A DNA stretch of 64,000 nt from the human T2T-CHM13v2.0 reference genome, Homo sapiens. Positions 47,196 to 61,976 of the stretch are shown here, piece by piece. Position 1 is the first letter of the stretch; each line of letters opens with the position of its first letter. A program made the translations under genes and the position numbers. The stretch lies in the NCBI RefSeq assembly GCF_009914755.1, contig NC_060945.1; one strand, written 5' to 3'. The notes below the pieces were generated by a model. That model was given only the letters and a program-made list of their open reading frames with translations. It made no database searches and was not told the origin of the DNA.

Positions 47196-49588
47196 TGATA
47201 TGGTTTGGGTCTGTGTCCACACCCAAATCTGACCTTGAGTTGTAATCCCCATTATTCCCACATGTCAAGGGCAGGACCAGGTAGAGGTAATTGGATCATG
47301 GGGGCAGTTTCCCCCATGCTGTTCTTGCGATAATGAGTGAGTCTCATGAGATCTCATGGTTTCATAAGCATCTGGCATTTCCCCTGCTGGCACTCACTTC
47401 ATCCTGCTGCCTTGTGAAGAAGGTGCCTGCTTCTCCTTTGCCTTCTACCATGATTATATGTTTCCTGAAGGCCTCCCCAGCAGTGCAGAATTGTGAGTCA
47501 ATTAAACCTATTTCCTTTATTAATTACCCAGTATCAGGTATTTATTCGTACCAAATACAGTTATTTGGTACCAGGAGTGGGACACTGCTATAAGGTTCCC
47601 AGAAAATGGGGAAGAGACTTTGGAACTGGGTAACAGGCAGAGGTTGAAACAGTTTGAAAGGCTCAGAAGAAGACAGGAAAATGTGGGAAAGTTTGGAACT
47701 CCTTAGAGACTTGGAGGGCTCAGGAGACAGGAAGATGTGGGAAGGTTTGGAGCTTCATAGAGACTTGTGGCATAGCTTTGATCACAATGCTGATAGTGAT
47801 ATGGACAATGAAGTGCAGGCTGAGGTGGTCTCAGGTGGAGATGAGGAAGTTGTTGGAAACTGGAGTAAAGGTCACTCTTGTTGTGCTGTAGCAAAGAGAC
47901 TGGTGACGTTTTGTCCATGTCCTCTATAGATAGAGATCTGTGGAATTTTGAACTTGAGAGAGATGATTTATAGTATCTGGTGGAAGAAATTTCTAAGCAG
48001 TAAAGCATTCTACGATGTGACTTGGGTGCTCTTAAAAGCATTCAGTTTTATGCATTCACAAAGATATGGTTTGGAATTGTTTAAAAGGGAAGCAGAGCAT
48101 AACAGTTTGGAACATTTGCAGCCTGAGGATGAGACAGAAAAGAAAAACCCATTTCTGAAGAGAAATTCAAGTCAACTGCACAAATTTGCATAAGTAATGA
48201 GCCAAATGTTAATCACCATGACAATGGGAAAATGTCTGCAAGGATGTCAGAGGTCTTTATGGCAGCCCCTCCCATCAAAGGCCCAGAGGCCTAGGAGGAA
48301 AAAAATGGTTTCATGGGCCAGGTCCAGGGCCTTGCTGCTTTGTGCAGTCTCAGGACTTGGTGCCCTGCATTCCAGCTGTGGTTAAAAGGGACAAACATAC
48401 AGCTCAGGCCATTGCTTCAGAGGCTGCAAGACCCAAGGCCTGGCAGCTTCCATGTGTTGTTGAGCGTGTGGGTGCACAGAAGTCAAGAATTGAGGTGTGG
48501 GGACCTCCTCCTAGATTTCAGAGGATGTATGGAAACACCTGGATGTCCAGGCAGAAGTTTACTGCAGGGGCAGAGCCCTCATGGAGAATCTCTGCTAGGG
48601 CACTGCAGAAGGGAAATGTGGGGTTGGAGCCCCACAAAAGTCTTCACTGGGACCTTGCCTAGTGGAACTATGGAAGAGGGCTACTGTCCTTCAAACCCCA
48701 GAATGGTAGGTCCACCGACAGCTTGCACCATGCACCTGAAAAGCTGCAGACACTCAACACCAGCCTGTGAAAGCAGCCAGGAGGGGGGCTGTATCCTGAA
48801 AAGCCACAGGGGCAGAGCTGCCCAAGGCCATGGGAGTCTTGCATCAGCATGACTTGGATGTGAGACTTGGAGTCAAAGGAGATCATTTTGGAACTTTAAG
48901 GTTTAATGACTGCCCCTATTGGATTTCAGACCTGCATGGGTCCTGTAGCCTCTTTATTTTGGCCAATTTCTCTCGTTTGGAATGGGCATATTTACCCAAT
49001 GCCTGTATCCTCATTGTATCTAGGAAGTAACTAAGTTGCTTTTGATTTTACAGGCTCATAGGTGAAAGGGTCTTGCTTTGTCTCAGATGAGACTTTGGAC
49101 TTGGACTTTGGGTTAATGCTGGAATGAGTTAAGACTTTGGGGGACTGTTGGAAGGGCATGGTTGTGTTCTGAAATGTGAGGATGTGAAATTTGGGAGGTC
49201 CAAGGGCGGAATGACATGGTCTGGGTCTGTGTCCCCATCCAAATCTCACCTTGAATTGTAATCCCCATTATCCCCACATATCAAGGGCAGGACCAGGTGG
49301 AGGTAATTGGATCATGGGGATGGTTTCCCCCATGCTGTTCTCATGATAATGAGTGAGTCTCAGAAGATCTGATGGTGTTTTAAGCGTCTGGCATTTCCCT
49401 GCTGGTATTCACTTCATCCTGCTGCCTTGTGAAGAAGGTGCCTGCTGCTTCTTTGCCTTCCACCATGATCATAAGTTTCCTGAGGCCTCCCCAGCAGGGC
49501 AGAACTGTGAGTCAATTAAACCTCTTTCTTTTATAAATTACCCAGTCTCAGGCATTTCTTCATAGCAGCATAAGAACAGACTAATACA
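47196..49588 (+). mobile_element. Full-length THE1 (THE1D-like) MaLR provirus: LTR-internal-LTR
   Basis: LTRs ~47196-47559 and ~49212-49588 (TG...CA), ~1.65 kb internal region, exact 5-bp TSD GTAGC at 47191-47195 and 49589-49593. Confidence 0.93.
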
Positions 49589-52500
49589 GTAGCTTTATCT
49601 ATAATTCATGTTTTTGAAAATTTAAACTGGAAAATACAAGATTTTTTTCTTTTAAAATTCACATTTTTGCAACTTGGAATCATGCCAAAGGGAAAAATAT
49701 GTTTCTGAGTAATTAGAAAATAATAGATCTTTAAACAACTTATTAACTTCCACTCAGCCTTTCCTTTAGTTCTGAAGTTTACCTTAGCCCTAAATTATTT
49801 CATTGTGATTGGCATTTTAGGAAATATGTATTAAGGAATGTCTCTTAGCAGATAAGGATAACATATGTCTAAGAAAATTATATTGAAATATTATTACATG
49901 AACTAAAATGTTAGAACTGAAAAAAAATTATTGTAACTCCTTCCAGCATAGGCAGGAGTATCTAGATATCAACTTTAACAACTCAACTTTAACAACTTCG
50001 AACCAACCAGATGGCTAGGAGATTCACCTATTTAGCATGATATCTTTTATTGATAAAAAAAATATAAAACTTCCATTAAATTTTTAAACTATTACAATCC
50101 TATTAAATTTTAACTTACCAGTGTTCTCAATGCTACATAATTTAAAATCATTGAAATCTTCTGATTTTAATTCCTCAGTCTTGAAATCTACTTATTTTTA
50201 GTTACATATATATCCAATCTACTGCCGCTAGTAGAAGAAGCTTGGAATTTGAGAAAAAAATCAGACGTTTTGTATATTCTCATATTCACTAATTTATTTT
50301 TTAAATGAGTTTCTGCAATGCATCAAGCAGTGGCAAAACAGGAGAAAAATTAAAATTGGTCGAAAAGATATGTGTGCCAAACAATCCCTTGAAATTTGAT
50401 GAAGTGACTAATCCTGAGTTATTGTTTCAAATGTGTACCTGTTTATACAACGGTATCACCTTTGAAATCTCAACATTAAATGAAATTTTATAAGCAATTT
50501 GTTGTAACATGATTATTATAAAATTCTGATATAACATTTGTTATTACCTGTTTAGAGTTTAAAGAGAGAAAAGGAGTTAAGAATTATTACATTTTCATTA
50601 GCATTGTTCAGGTGCAAAAACTTCTAACACTATCTTCAAATCTTTTTCTCCATTGCCTTCTGAACATACCCACTTGGGTATCTCATTAGCACTGCAAATT
50701 CAACATTTTCGATTGCTAATTTTTCTCCCTAAATATTTATTTGTTTTCTCAGCTTTAGCCAATGTTTCACTATTGACCATTTGCTCAAGTATAGTGACGT
50801 TGCTTCAATGACCTTCAGAGAGCTGTTTCAGTCCTTCCTGGACTACTTGCATGCTTCCAACAAAATGAAGCACTCTTGATGTCAGTCACTCAAATAAATG
50901 GAAATGGGCCCATTTACTAGGAATGTTAACAGAATAAAAAGATAGACGTGACACCAGTTGCTTCAGTCCATCTCCATTTACTTGCTTAAGGCCTGACCAT
51001 ATTTCTCACAGTTGATATGGTGCAGGGCACATGTTTAAATGGCTGTTCTTGTAGGATGGTTTGACTGTTGGATTCCTCATCTTCCCTCTCCTTAGGAAGG
51101 AAGGTTACAGTAGTACTGTTGGCTCCTGGAATATAGATTCATAAAGAACTAATGGAGTTTCATCTCCCACTGCTCTTGTGTGTGGTCAAAGTTCAGATCC
51201 TTTACAGTTTCCACATTCTACCTCTATTTCTACTCATCCTAGTAAAGCCAGTTACTTCAGAAATTAGTCTGTCTCTCATTAATTTACTCCTCATTAAGAA
51301 AAGTCAACTAATAGCCTGGGCTTGATTTTGGGGAAAATGAGCACTAATATATAAATCTCTGGAAATCTTATTTTACTTTACAAAATTCAAAAAGCTTTTT
51401 TTTTTTTTTTTTTAACAAAGGATACTATTTGCTTCCACACCTCAAGCCCAGGTGAGTTCAGTGAGTACAGTTTCTCCAATTTGCCCTGAGATTTGCTGAG
51501 GTACTTGGTGAAGATTTTATTTTGCCTAGTCAAAATGAGTTCTAAAAAGTCACAAAATGCCCCAGCTGTGGGCTAAGTTTATTTATTCACATCAATCATT
51601 CCCAACCCACAAAAATTACCTCATGTATATGCAGAACCTGCCATAGCAAGTAAAGACAAGCAATCTATTATCTGGTTCCAGGTGAAATTTTCTTTTGCGC
51701 TTCTAATACCAACTTCGCACCAGCAGGTTATATAAGGATTGACGAAAACACATATATACTTATATTGTAATTAGATAACATAACCAGTATATAAAGATGC
51801 AAACTAATGTACTCTCTGTGTTAAAAACTTGGAATGATTGATCCCAACAAGCCTTTATAACAAGTTTTACTGCAAGGAATCTGAATCTAACAATAGTTGG
51901 CTCAATTACTTTACCTTGTTTGGGAAACATAATCAAAACATTCTCTAAATGATAGTGTTGATCAGTCCAACACACTATATGAATCCTAATAATGTTTTTG
52001 CTTCTATTTTCATATGAGAAGAGTAACATCCTGGATAGGAAAATAACCCTCACCCCAGCCACGTACCCCAAGCTGACTATGTCTTCATTGATTTTATTCC
52101 AACCTCCAAGGTTAATCACAAGGGAAACATTGCAGACTCATTCTGCAATCAGAACTTGTCAATCAGAATCCTAAGAGTTATTCTAGACAACTTCCCATGT
52201 ACATTTCTAGGAGGTCATTAGCTCCTCATTGTGACCTTGTTTAGTTTCTCTTTATTTCTTGCTTAGAATATCCATTAAGCAAATCAATCAACAATGATTG
52301 AATATAATTCTAAACATTAATTTTAGTGCTGAGGCTACATTACTGAAAATGTATGGTCCCAACATTCGAGAAGCTACTGGTCTATTGGTATTGATGGAAA
52401 GATAGATGACATCAGGATAATGCTATAATATAATATAGGTAAACACAGAGCATAATGAGAGTGCAAGACAAGCTTCATTCCTCAAGAAAATAAATCCTGG

Positions 52501-52689
52501 GAAGAAAAAAGGGAATCACCTGACTATACAGAATAAAGGAGGTAATCCAGGAGTTCGACAGCTTTCTGTACAAACTCTCAGCCTTTCTCATATCTTCAGC
52601 TCTGCACTTCATCCTTCCTTAGAAAGGTGGCATCAAGTTTTAAGCCCGTGCAAGTAAAATGGCTTGCTGCTTGCTAGTTACCACTCCAT

Positions 52690-54270
52690 CGCCTTGAGAA
52701 TATAGGGGCTTGGGATATGGCAGTACAGAAAAAAAGATAAAAATCCCTGCTCTCATGGAACTCATATTCTATCAAGAAGATAGAATAATTAAGATAAATA
52801 AAATATAAAGTTATATTTTAATAATTGATAATTACGAGGAAATGCAGGGAAAGCTTTAGGGATTACAGAGCCAAAGCTGGAGAGAGAGTAAGCCATATGG
52901 ATAGCTGAGGGAAGAGCATTCCAAGCAGAATAAACAGCAGATGAAGGCCCACGGAGGAAGCATTCCTGGGAGAAAGTGAAGGAAGCCAATGTAGTGGAGG
53001 AAGTTGACTAAGGGACCTTAGAAGTTATTGTACGGACTTTGACATATATTCTTAGTGAGGGTGCTTTGTGAATGGGAGTGGAGACAAGGATAGAAATATT
53101 GAGACCATTGAAGTTAGCCAGCCAAGAAAAGAGGATTGCTTGGATCAAAAGGTAGAAACAGAAAGGTAAGATGTTGTCATATTCTGGATATACTTTAAAG
53201 GTAGAGCCAACAGTTTACTAAGCATCCTTAATATTGAGAAAGAATAAATGGCATCAACAATGATTCCAAGAGTTTTGGTCAGAGCAACTGGAAGAATGAA
53301 GTTACTTATTGATATAGAGGAAACAGTGTAGGAACAGGTTTTGGAGAAAAATCAGGAGCAGAATTTTGGACATGTTCATTCCGATTTGCATATTAGGCAT
53401 CTAATAGGAGATAGGAGTTTGTACACACAAGTCTGGAATCCAGGGGAGAGGTCTAGGTTGACGATATAGGCATTAGAATTATTGGCATATTCGTGGTAGT
53501 TAAAACCTAGAGACTGGATGAAATTGCCTTAGAAGTGAGTGAAGATAGAAAGGAAACGAGTCCAAGGATTGCCCTGGGTCTTACCAGTCAGTATTTGTAC
53601 CTCAAGGAGATGAGGAACAGCCAGCAAGGTATAATGACAAACAGAATGCGATGTCTGTGAAACCAAATGAAAAAATGTTTTAAGGAGGAAGATACAGTGA
53701 GTTGTGTCATATTCTATTGACAGGTCAGGCAGGGTGAGGACGCAAAACTGATCACTGGCCAGGTGCAGTGGCTCACGCCTGTAATCCCAGATATTTGGGG
53801 AGGCTGAGGCAGGTGGATCACTTGAGCTCAGGAGTTCAAGGCCAGCCTGGCCAGCACGGTGAAACTCCATCTCTACAAAAAAATATAGAAAGTATCTGGG
53901 CATGATGGCTCATGCCTGTATTCTCAGCTACTTGGGAGGCTGAGGCAGGAGAATCGCTTCAACCCGGGAGGTGGATGTCACAGTGAGCCGAGATTGTGTC
54001 ACTGAACTCCAGCCTGGGCAACAGAGTGAGAATCAGTAAAAAAAAAAAAAAAAAAGAGAGAGAGAGAGAGAATTGACCATTAAATTTAGCCATGATCCTT
54101 GATCTAAGACATTTTGAATGTCTTGATTCTGACAAAAGCATGATTGGAGTTATTTCAAGTGAGAATAGAAGTAAATAAGGGGAAGACTGCAAAAAGGAGA
54201 TAACTTACTCAAATGCCCTGTTGTGAAGTGGTGCAGAGAAGTAGTACCATAACTCAAAGAGGATAAATGA
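52690..54270 (-). mobile_element. L2 remnant interrupted by an Alu
   Basis: Typical reverse-L2 motifs (CCCTGCTCTCATGGAACTCATATTCT, GGGAAGAGCATTCCA, TTTTGGACATGTT). Confidence 0.7.
53757..54055 (+). mobile_element. Alu (J/S-type) with A tail followed by (GA)n
   Basis: Full dimer. Confidence 0.9.
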
Positions 54271-57200
54271 TCAAGAAAGATTTTTGGTGGGTTTGTTTAA
54301 TCAAAGACCTAAAGAATTTCTAAAATGTAGTGGTTTATTTTTTCATTCTCTGTGATTAAACAGTTTTTAAAAAATTATTTACATTTGTTGTAACTGGATT
54401 TTTGGAGGAAGAGGAGTTAAAACTGTCTGTTTTTCATATGTCATGTTTAAAAAGAAGTTCTGTGTACTTATTCACTTGTTTTTAAAATCCTTTTTATTAA
54501 GGTCTTAAGAAAATTAACTGTTTGTTTTTTGTGTATGTTTCACAAAATTTTCCAGTTTGCTTTTTGTTTTCTTTCAAGAACAGAAGAGTTTAATTTTCAT
54601 ATCATTAATATGTAGTCAAACATCAGTGTTTTTTATGGTTTCTAGGTTTTTGTAATTATGCTTAGAAAACTCTTTTACAATCAAAAATTAAGGGAAAACA
54701 TCAATTATGTTTTCTCTTAGAATTTTATTACTTTTAATATTAAATATTGGATCATGGAGTATTGCATTAGGATATAAGGAGGTAAAATCTTTAGATTTTA
54801 AAAAGTACAACTGAAGCAATTTTGAGTTTGTTTTTCATTTGTTTGTTTTTCCGAACACCTGCTTGAAGGCTTATTACACCAAAATACGTAATTATATTCT
54901 GACTTTAGGTAATCCTGCAGAAGATGCAGTCCTGATGAATGAAGTGAATATTCCAACTAACTTAATTTATTCCCACCTCAGCCATTGGAATGGAAGTTTG
55001 AAGCAGAAAGTAAGTTGAAGTAAAGAAGGTTTTACCTTAGCTGAGTTCGTAGAATGAGATGCCAGCCTTCTGCATAGAACACATACCACACTCAGTAAGG
55101 GGTTCCAGTGAAGCAGATTCCATTTCCACCTGAGGTAACAAAGTAAGTTTTATGCAGATGGTCACATTAAACTCGAATTTAGAAGAATTAGTGGTATTTT
55201 GAAACATCCAGAGTGAGAAGATTATTTAAATGGCCAGTTTAGAGGCAGAAAAATAAAAGGCATAATACAAACATGGAAAATAATATTGGGGGAATTTAAA
55301 GAATTTAAGTAAGACATGGTTAAAGACATTTTGAAATGTGAAAGCCAACTAAATAGAATTCAAGAAAAATCTGAAGAAATATGACACACTTTAAAATAAT
55401 GTAAGAAATTTGGCTGCTATCATTAATTTTTTTAGTAGATGAGTGAGTCTCTAAGGAAAGTCAACTGTCAGCTTTTTGCAAGGAGCAAGACTTTCTGAAA
55501 ATGACCCAGGTTATCTGCTCTTGACAAAGAAATAGCTGAAATGAGGATTTTCTCCCACTTCTCCTAGCCAGGAAAGTAAAATCCAAGCCCAATTTCCAAT
55601 GGAACAAGAGGCTTCCACAGTTCTACCCACAAGAAGTGGGGACTGAAACTTCCCATGTGCCCAGGGTCTTCACGTTCAAGGCAGTAGTGGCCTCTACAAC
55701 AGCACACAAACCCACAAGCACACAGTTTCAGCACGCTTCTCTGAGGGAATAAATGGAGAATGGTAAACTGTGCCTTATCTTGTCTTGCTCTAAACTTCTC
55801 CACTGAAGTCTATTCTTTAACCCATCTATACGATGGTAAGAAATTTATGCCGAGTCCTGTTGTAAGACAAGTCTTGATTCCAAAGGGACCCATCTTACAG
55901 GACATCAAACTATAAGAAACAAGTGTTTGAAACCATGGACACAAAAAATTAATGGATCTCTTTTTCAAACTGTGGATCTATGGAGCTATAATTTGTTTTT
56001 CTTAATAAAGATGCAAATCAGAACAGCCATTTGCTGCAATTTCCACCTTTCAAATAAATGCATACAAGTAAAACCTGATTAAAATAAATATCACATTCAG
56101 AAAACAGCAATATAAGAAGCTCCAAAAGATCAGCCTGTGAATTTTACATGGAAATGGAATAGGGGAAGTTACAGGTCATTACTTTGATGAAATTCCCAGA
56201 TCTATTTTTCCAGCAAACTGGGTCCACCTCCACCTTCTACCCACAGAACATCCAGCCACCTACACACTAGCTTCTTCCCCCTCACCAAGTCCATCCAAGT
56301 AGAACTTAGCCAGTCATTCTGATCCACTGCACCCTAGGAGTAATTGAGAACCATATGAAAAAAATGTGTGCAGGATACCATAATGTTCTTTTCTGAAGAA
56401 CATTAAAGATAAATTCACTGAACTGTATCAAAGAACTAAATTTTCAGGCAATGGTATGAAAACAATATTAATCAAGCTTTCTTTGTTTGCTGCTGAGTAA
56501 TTGAGTAACGTTCATTACTCTATTTTGGGAGTAGGAAAGTGAATGAATGAATGAATGAATGAATGAGGGACTAAGCTGTAAGAGGTTAATAATCACAATA
56601 ACTACTATTTATTCAGGCTATTGCACTCCAAACATTAGCCTTGAGAATAACACCATAGGGATGAGGAAATTGCAGTTCAGTTGCCCAAAAACACACATCT
56701 TTTTTTATCAAAGAAAAGCTAGAATACAAATCTTGTGGGACTCGTTCCAGTGTCCTTAATATTTATTACCACACTGATGGTACTAAGGATCTACTTGCAG
56801 GGTCTACAATAACTGGAAAGTGATTTCAAATGAAAATTTGCTTAACAGAAATGATGATTAGCTCTTGCTAGAACTGATTTCATTGTTACCAGTCTCCTAG
56901 ATATAATCCTGGGCCTACTAGACTAAGGATGAAGCTCTATGTAAATATTCTGCCTTAGCTTAATGTAAATTTCAGATCTATTAAACTTACTTCAGGAAAA
57001 TGAAATGGAGGCTTTCCTATAATATTCTGTGCAAGAGAACCATTTTATGATAAAACTGCTTTTTTATTCTTTGACCACTTAAATTGTCCTACTTTAGCTT
57101 TTTATTTCTCCAAGTTTCAATAATATTCACTAATTGGAAAATACGTTTTCTTGACAAAATATGCACTATTTAGAAAATATAGGTACCGGAAATTTTTTAA

Positions 57201-59975
57201 AAAAACTAATGAAGTGAGTGTGTGCTTAAGAAAAGAAGTATCGTACCCAAACAAAACAATGCAAATAAATTTTGAATGCAGAAAAACCTACCTTTTACAA
57301 AGATGAATGACAATGAAATGTCACCTTCTTAACTATTTTTATGTACTTCACTTTTTTGTTTTTGCTTCATTCAATTTTTATTGAATCAAACTTTAAGCAA
57401 ACTTGCTTAACGAAATCTGAAATTGGGGAGTGACTGTATTGAAATTTGAAAGAAAGCTACAATGTAAGGCAGGGTTGTTGCCCAGAGAGCCTAGCAGCTG
57501 CCTGACAAGACACCTGACAAGCTGGAATTGTTGAATTCAGCAGGGTTCAGGGCCTAGTCTTTCATTTTGAAGTTCAGGAGCCTGATTATATCTGCACATC
57601 TATTACGGATTGCTTCACATTAAATAATCTCATTTACAAACCAATCCCTCTCTCACCATGATTGACATTATAACAACCATTTTGATTAAAGGATACAACT
57701 TCTTTAGGTCACATATTTCTAAAGTAGCTAAGCATACATGACCCACAACAGGCTAGTCTTCCTTGTGATCTTCCTCTTCTAGCCAAAAGTGATAAGTCAG
57801 TATTGGTGCTCAATCCAAAGTAGGCCAATCATGGTTGATTCTGCTGGAAAATACAAAAGAGAAAGAGTAGCTATATTCAGAAAATGTAAATCTAAGGGCT
57901 GTCTGTAGCCATGTTTTCATCTTGTGGCTAAATGAAACATGAAGTCCTTTACAGAGTATATTAACATTAATCTGCAGAGAAAGCAGGAAAAAAGAAAATA
58001 ATAAAGGCATGTGAGACTTCCTAAGACCTAGTAGTTTTACAATATGTTCCCTCTTTTCGCTTAGGTATTTGATTTGGATTCTAAGTAATACACTCTTTAA
58101 TACAAATATTTTTTGTAAAGTAAAAATCATAGATCTAGCTGGTAGAGATCTCTCTGTTAAAATCTGAATTCCGTCACTTCTAATCTTTCACTTAGAGGAA
58201 GTTGCTTAATAGTGCTTGTCTGGGTTTTCTCTTCAGAATGATTGTGGTAATTTACATTTCTACCAGCTGTTTATGAGATATTTTCCAACAGTTTCACCCT
58301 CACTAGATATTTAATGTCTTTAATATTTGCTAATCACCAATCTAATAAATGTGCTACTTTGTTGATACTTACATTTTCATATGCTTTATTATAAAATAAC
58401 ACATATGAGGAAAAGAAGGTTGAATTTTTTTTCTTGTTTATTAATCATTTCCTGATTCATGTGAATTAAATTCTTGGTCCATTCTTCCTATTAGGGGCTC
58501 ATGTTTTTCTAAATTATTTTTAAGAGGTCCTTATATAGCAGAAGTAACAACTATTGGTATCTGTAATTTTTGCAAATATAGTTTCCCTGTTTGTCACTTG
58601 CTTTCTATTTTGTTCAGATATCTTTGAGCTGGAGAATTTACAGTGTGTACTCAAGCCTAAGTCTGTTTTCTCTGTTTTGGTGTATGCCTTGTTTGATTTT
58701 CTCAGGAAGCCTTTTTATTATTAAATTATGCGACTATTTCTAGCTTTTCCTCTGGCATGTTATTTCATCTTTCACATTTAAATGTTTAATCTACCTAGAA
58801 TTAATGTTATTGTGTGGTATAAGTTAAGGGTCTATCCTCATCTATGTTCCAATTGGTTAAAGTAACTCTTCAGTTGTATAGTAAATCCTTACTTGTTTGT
58901 GTCTCGGTGTTTTTTATTCTAATCCATTAAACTATCTGGTTTTACAATACTGCATTGTTTTAATTACTCTAGCTTCCAAATAATGTACTATTTCCAGAGG
59001 CTTTTTCATTTCCATAAAACATTTAAACTAATAAAGTTTTGTTGCAATTAAAATGTGTTTTTCTGCTTGTTTTATTTGATTGATGTAAAATACTTTAAAT
59101 TCAATAACTTCTTACCAATAATTTTATAAAGAACCTGACAAAATAATCACTTTGAAGAGTTAACTTTGCTTTGAATTCCTGTCTCCTCTTTTCTAATGTA
59201 AGGTGAAAGATCTACAGTACTGGCAATTCATTTTAAAAATATATATGAAAAGACTGCCCTTCTGTGACAATATAATTCACACTTTTATCAATTTTACTAG
59301 TTTTCAGTAGACTTCAGGGTGAAGAGGATAAAACAGCATCCATACTTTTGAACATTTATGTAAATATATCATTAGAAATAAATAATAAAGGGAAATTTAT
59401 TTCCAAATCACTCTCCTTTTTTCTTTTCTCACTTTTTTCTTCTCTCTCTCATCTTTGTTCAACTGATAGCTCTTGTAACACAGAAATTTATGTTTCATTA
59501 TGCATATTCTTTACCAATTATAAAAATGGGCCAATCCTATTTCAAGTGATATTGATACCTAATACTGAAAAAAGGGCTAAACGTCCCAAAGTCTTTGAAC
59601 ATCTTTATGTTAAAAAGGTGTTGTACTACATAGAGAGCTTTATTCTGTGACTCTGTGGCATCTGGAAACCAGGAAGAGCCTGCTCTGGAATTCATATAAC
59701 ATGGCCTCTGGCTGAAGAGTGGAAATACCAAGTCTTATTGGAGAGAGTCAAGGTGGTATAATTATTACAGGTAGACATGTATATGCCCACTGTGTCTTAA
59801 GTGAACGTGTATGTGAAAAGGAGGAGGAACTGTAGCACATGGCAGAGTTATCTGTTCTCTCTAGGCTGCTAGATTTAAGAACACCAGAAACAGCAATCCG
59901 GCTTCAACTGAGAAATCTGCTGAGGAAGTTTTTTCTAGCTGAGACAAACATGAAGGCAGGAATGTTTTGTAGGTC

Positions 59976-60346
59976 TGCTATAGACTGAATGTTTGTGCCC
60001 CCACAAAATTCATATGTTGAAGCCAAATACTCAGTGTCATGGTATTTGGAGGTGAGGCCTTTGGAAAGTAATTAGGTCATGAGGATGGAGTTTCCATGAA
60101 TGAGATTACTATCCTTATAAGAAGAGACATAAGAGAGCTTATTTCCTCTTTCTTTCTGATCTCCACCATGTGAAAATATAAGGCTGTCATCTGCAAAACA
60201 GGAAGTAGGCCCTCACCAGATACCAGATCTATCAACACCTTGATCTTGGATTTCCCAGCCTTCAGAACTGTAAGAAGTAAATGTTTACTGTTTAAGCCAG
60301 CCAGATTGTGGTATATTTGTTATAGCAGACTGAACTGACTAAGATA
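59976..60346 (+). mobile_element. MaLR solo LTR (MLT1A/MST-like)
   Basis: Same family as 5315-5687; near-TSD AGGTC/AGGCC. Confidence 0.8.
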
Positions 60347-60894
60347 AGGCCTAAGTAAATCTATAACAAAGCGTATAGGCAGCAGGCTAAAAATGCCTTT
60401 GCATTTATGGAAGTAACATTCCTTGACAAAGCTCCCCTTTAGTGCAGCAATGAAATTTCAGAAAATGAAAATTAAGAGCATTTTCCGGATTGCAAAGATA
60501 GACATCCACCTTTGCAAATGTCTAGTCTTTGTAAGATAGTAGCAGTGTTTCAAATGACACTTGCAGAAAAAGAAGAGAATATGTTTGAGTGAATTTTCCC
60601 CAAAAATGTGGTAAATATGTTCATCAGAATAATTTTTCTACTAGGAAACATCCTTAAATGACTTTAAATTTGCAATTTATGTATCTATACAATGAGCACT
60701 GATTGCCTGGTATTAAATAGCCCTAACATTCTGTCAGAGCTGAAACCAGATTCTTACAATAGACTTGGCAATGCTAAATACTGGGTTCTGTAATAACAGC
60801 CCTCACAACTAGGAGTTGGCTTTTGACTAAATTGGCTGGTCAGTGCTATGAGATTCATGAGCGTCCTATTAGCTACGAACATTTGAAAAAAATG

Positions 60895-61465
60895 TAGCCA
60901 AAATATGGAATCAACCTAAGTGTCCATGAATGGAGGAATGAACAAAGAAAATGTGGTATATATGCACTCACACACACATGCACAATGGAATATTATTCAA
61001 CCATAAAATAAAAAGAAATGTTATTTAAAACAACATGGATGAGCCTGGAAGACACTATGTTAAATGAAATAAGCCAGGCACAGAAAGAAAAATACTGCAT
61101 GATCTCACTTCTGTGTGGAATCTAAAAGTTAAATTCATAGAAGAGAAGGGTAGGATGGGGGTTACCAGGGGTCACGGTGATGGGGGTATAGAGGAGAAAT
61201 GAAAAAATATTGGTCAAATTGTACACAGTTTCAGTTAAGATCTCCACCCAAGATCTATTGTTCAACACGATGACTACAGTTAATACTAATGTACTGAATA
61301 CTTGAAAATTGCTTACAGAGTAGATTTTAAATGTTGTCACCACAAAAAAAAAATAGGTACATGTGGTGATGGATATGTTATGGGGCTTGATTTAATCATT
61401 CCACAATGTATACATATATCAAAACATCATGTTGCACCCCATAAATATATATGCTTTTAAAAAGA
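60895..61465 (+). mobile_element. L1MA-type 3' end
   Basis: AATCAACCTAAGTGTCC, AAATAAGCCAGGCACAGAAAG, TATCAAAACATCATGTTG motifs. Confidence 0.8.
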
Positions 61466-61933
61466 ACAGAAACAAATTTACACTTGGGGATGAATTAACT
61501 CTCCTCTAAGAAATCACATACATTTTCAGTGATTTTGTACTGTGTGAATATAGCTAGGCTAGTGCTACATTTTCCAGAATTCTCTTCTTTGTAATTTCAG
61601 GCCAGGGCCAACCATAGGAGAAACGATAATTGGAACGGCCCCAAAGCAGCCACCACTAGGCTTTATAGTTCTATGCAGGGCATCAGGCAGTATTGCAGTG
61701 CAAAGAACTTTGTTACTGGTCTGCTGGCTCATGTTGTTGGTGTGGGTCAGCAGGCAAGCCCACAGAGCCTCCACATCCCGTGGATCTCCCAGTTTAGCTT
61801 TTCTGAGTCCTGAAGCAGGCATGTGTACAGTTCTGTAGTAAACACAGCAGCTACGCATACAAATCACTCACATCATCATGGTTGGATATTTTGAGAAGTG
61901 GGTATGGTTTCCAGTTTGTCCTAGGTCACTGAT

Positions 61934-61936
<3 letters not shown>

Positions 61937-61974
<38 letters not shown>
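61937..61974. repeat. (GT)19 microsatellite
   Basis: Directly visible. Confidence 0.97.

Positions 61975-61976
<2 letters not shown>

Noticed and set aside
47291-49565. Cluster of 60-179 aa ORFs
   Set aside because: All lie within THE1 LTR/internal sequence; fragmented remnants.
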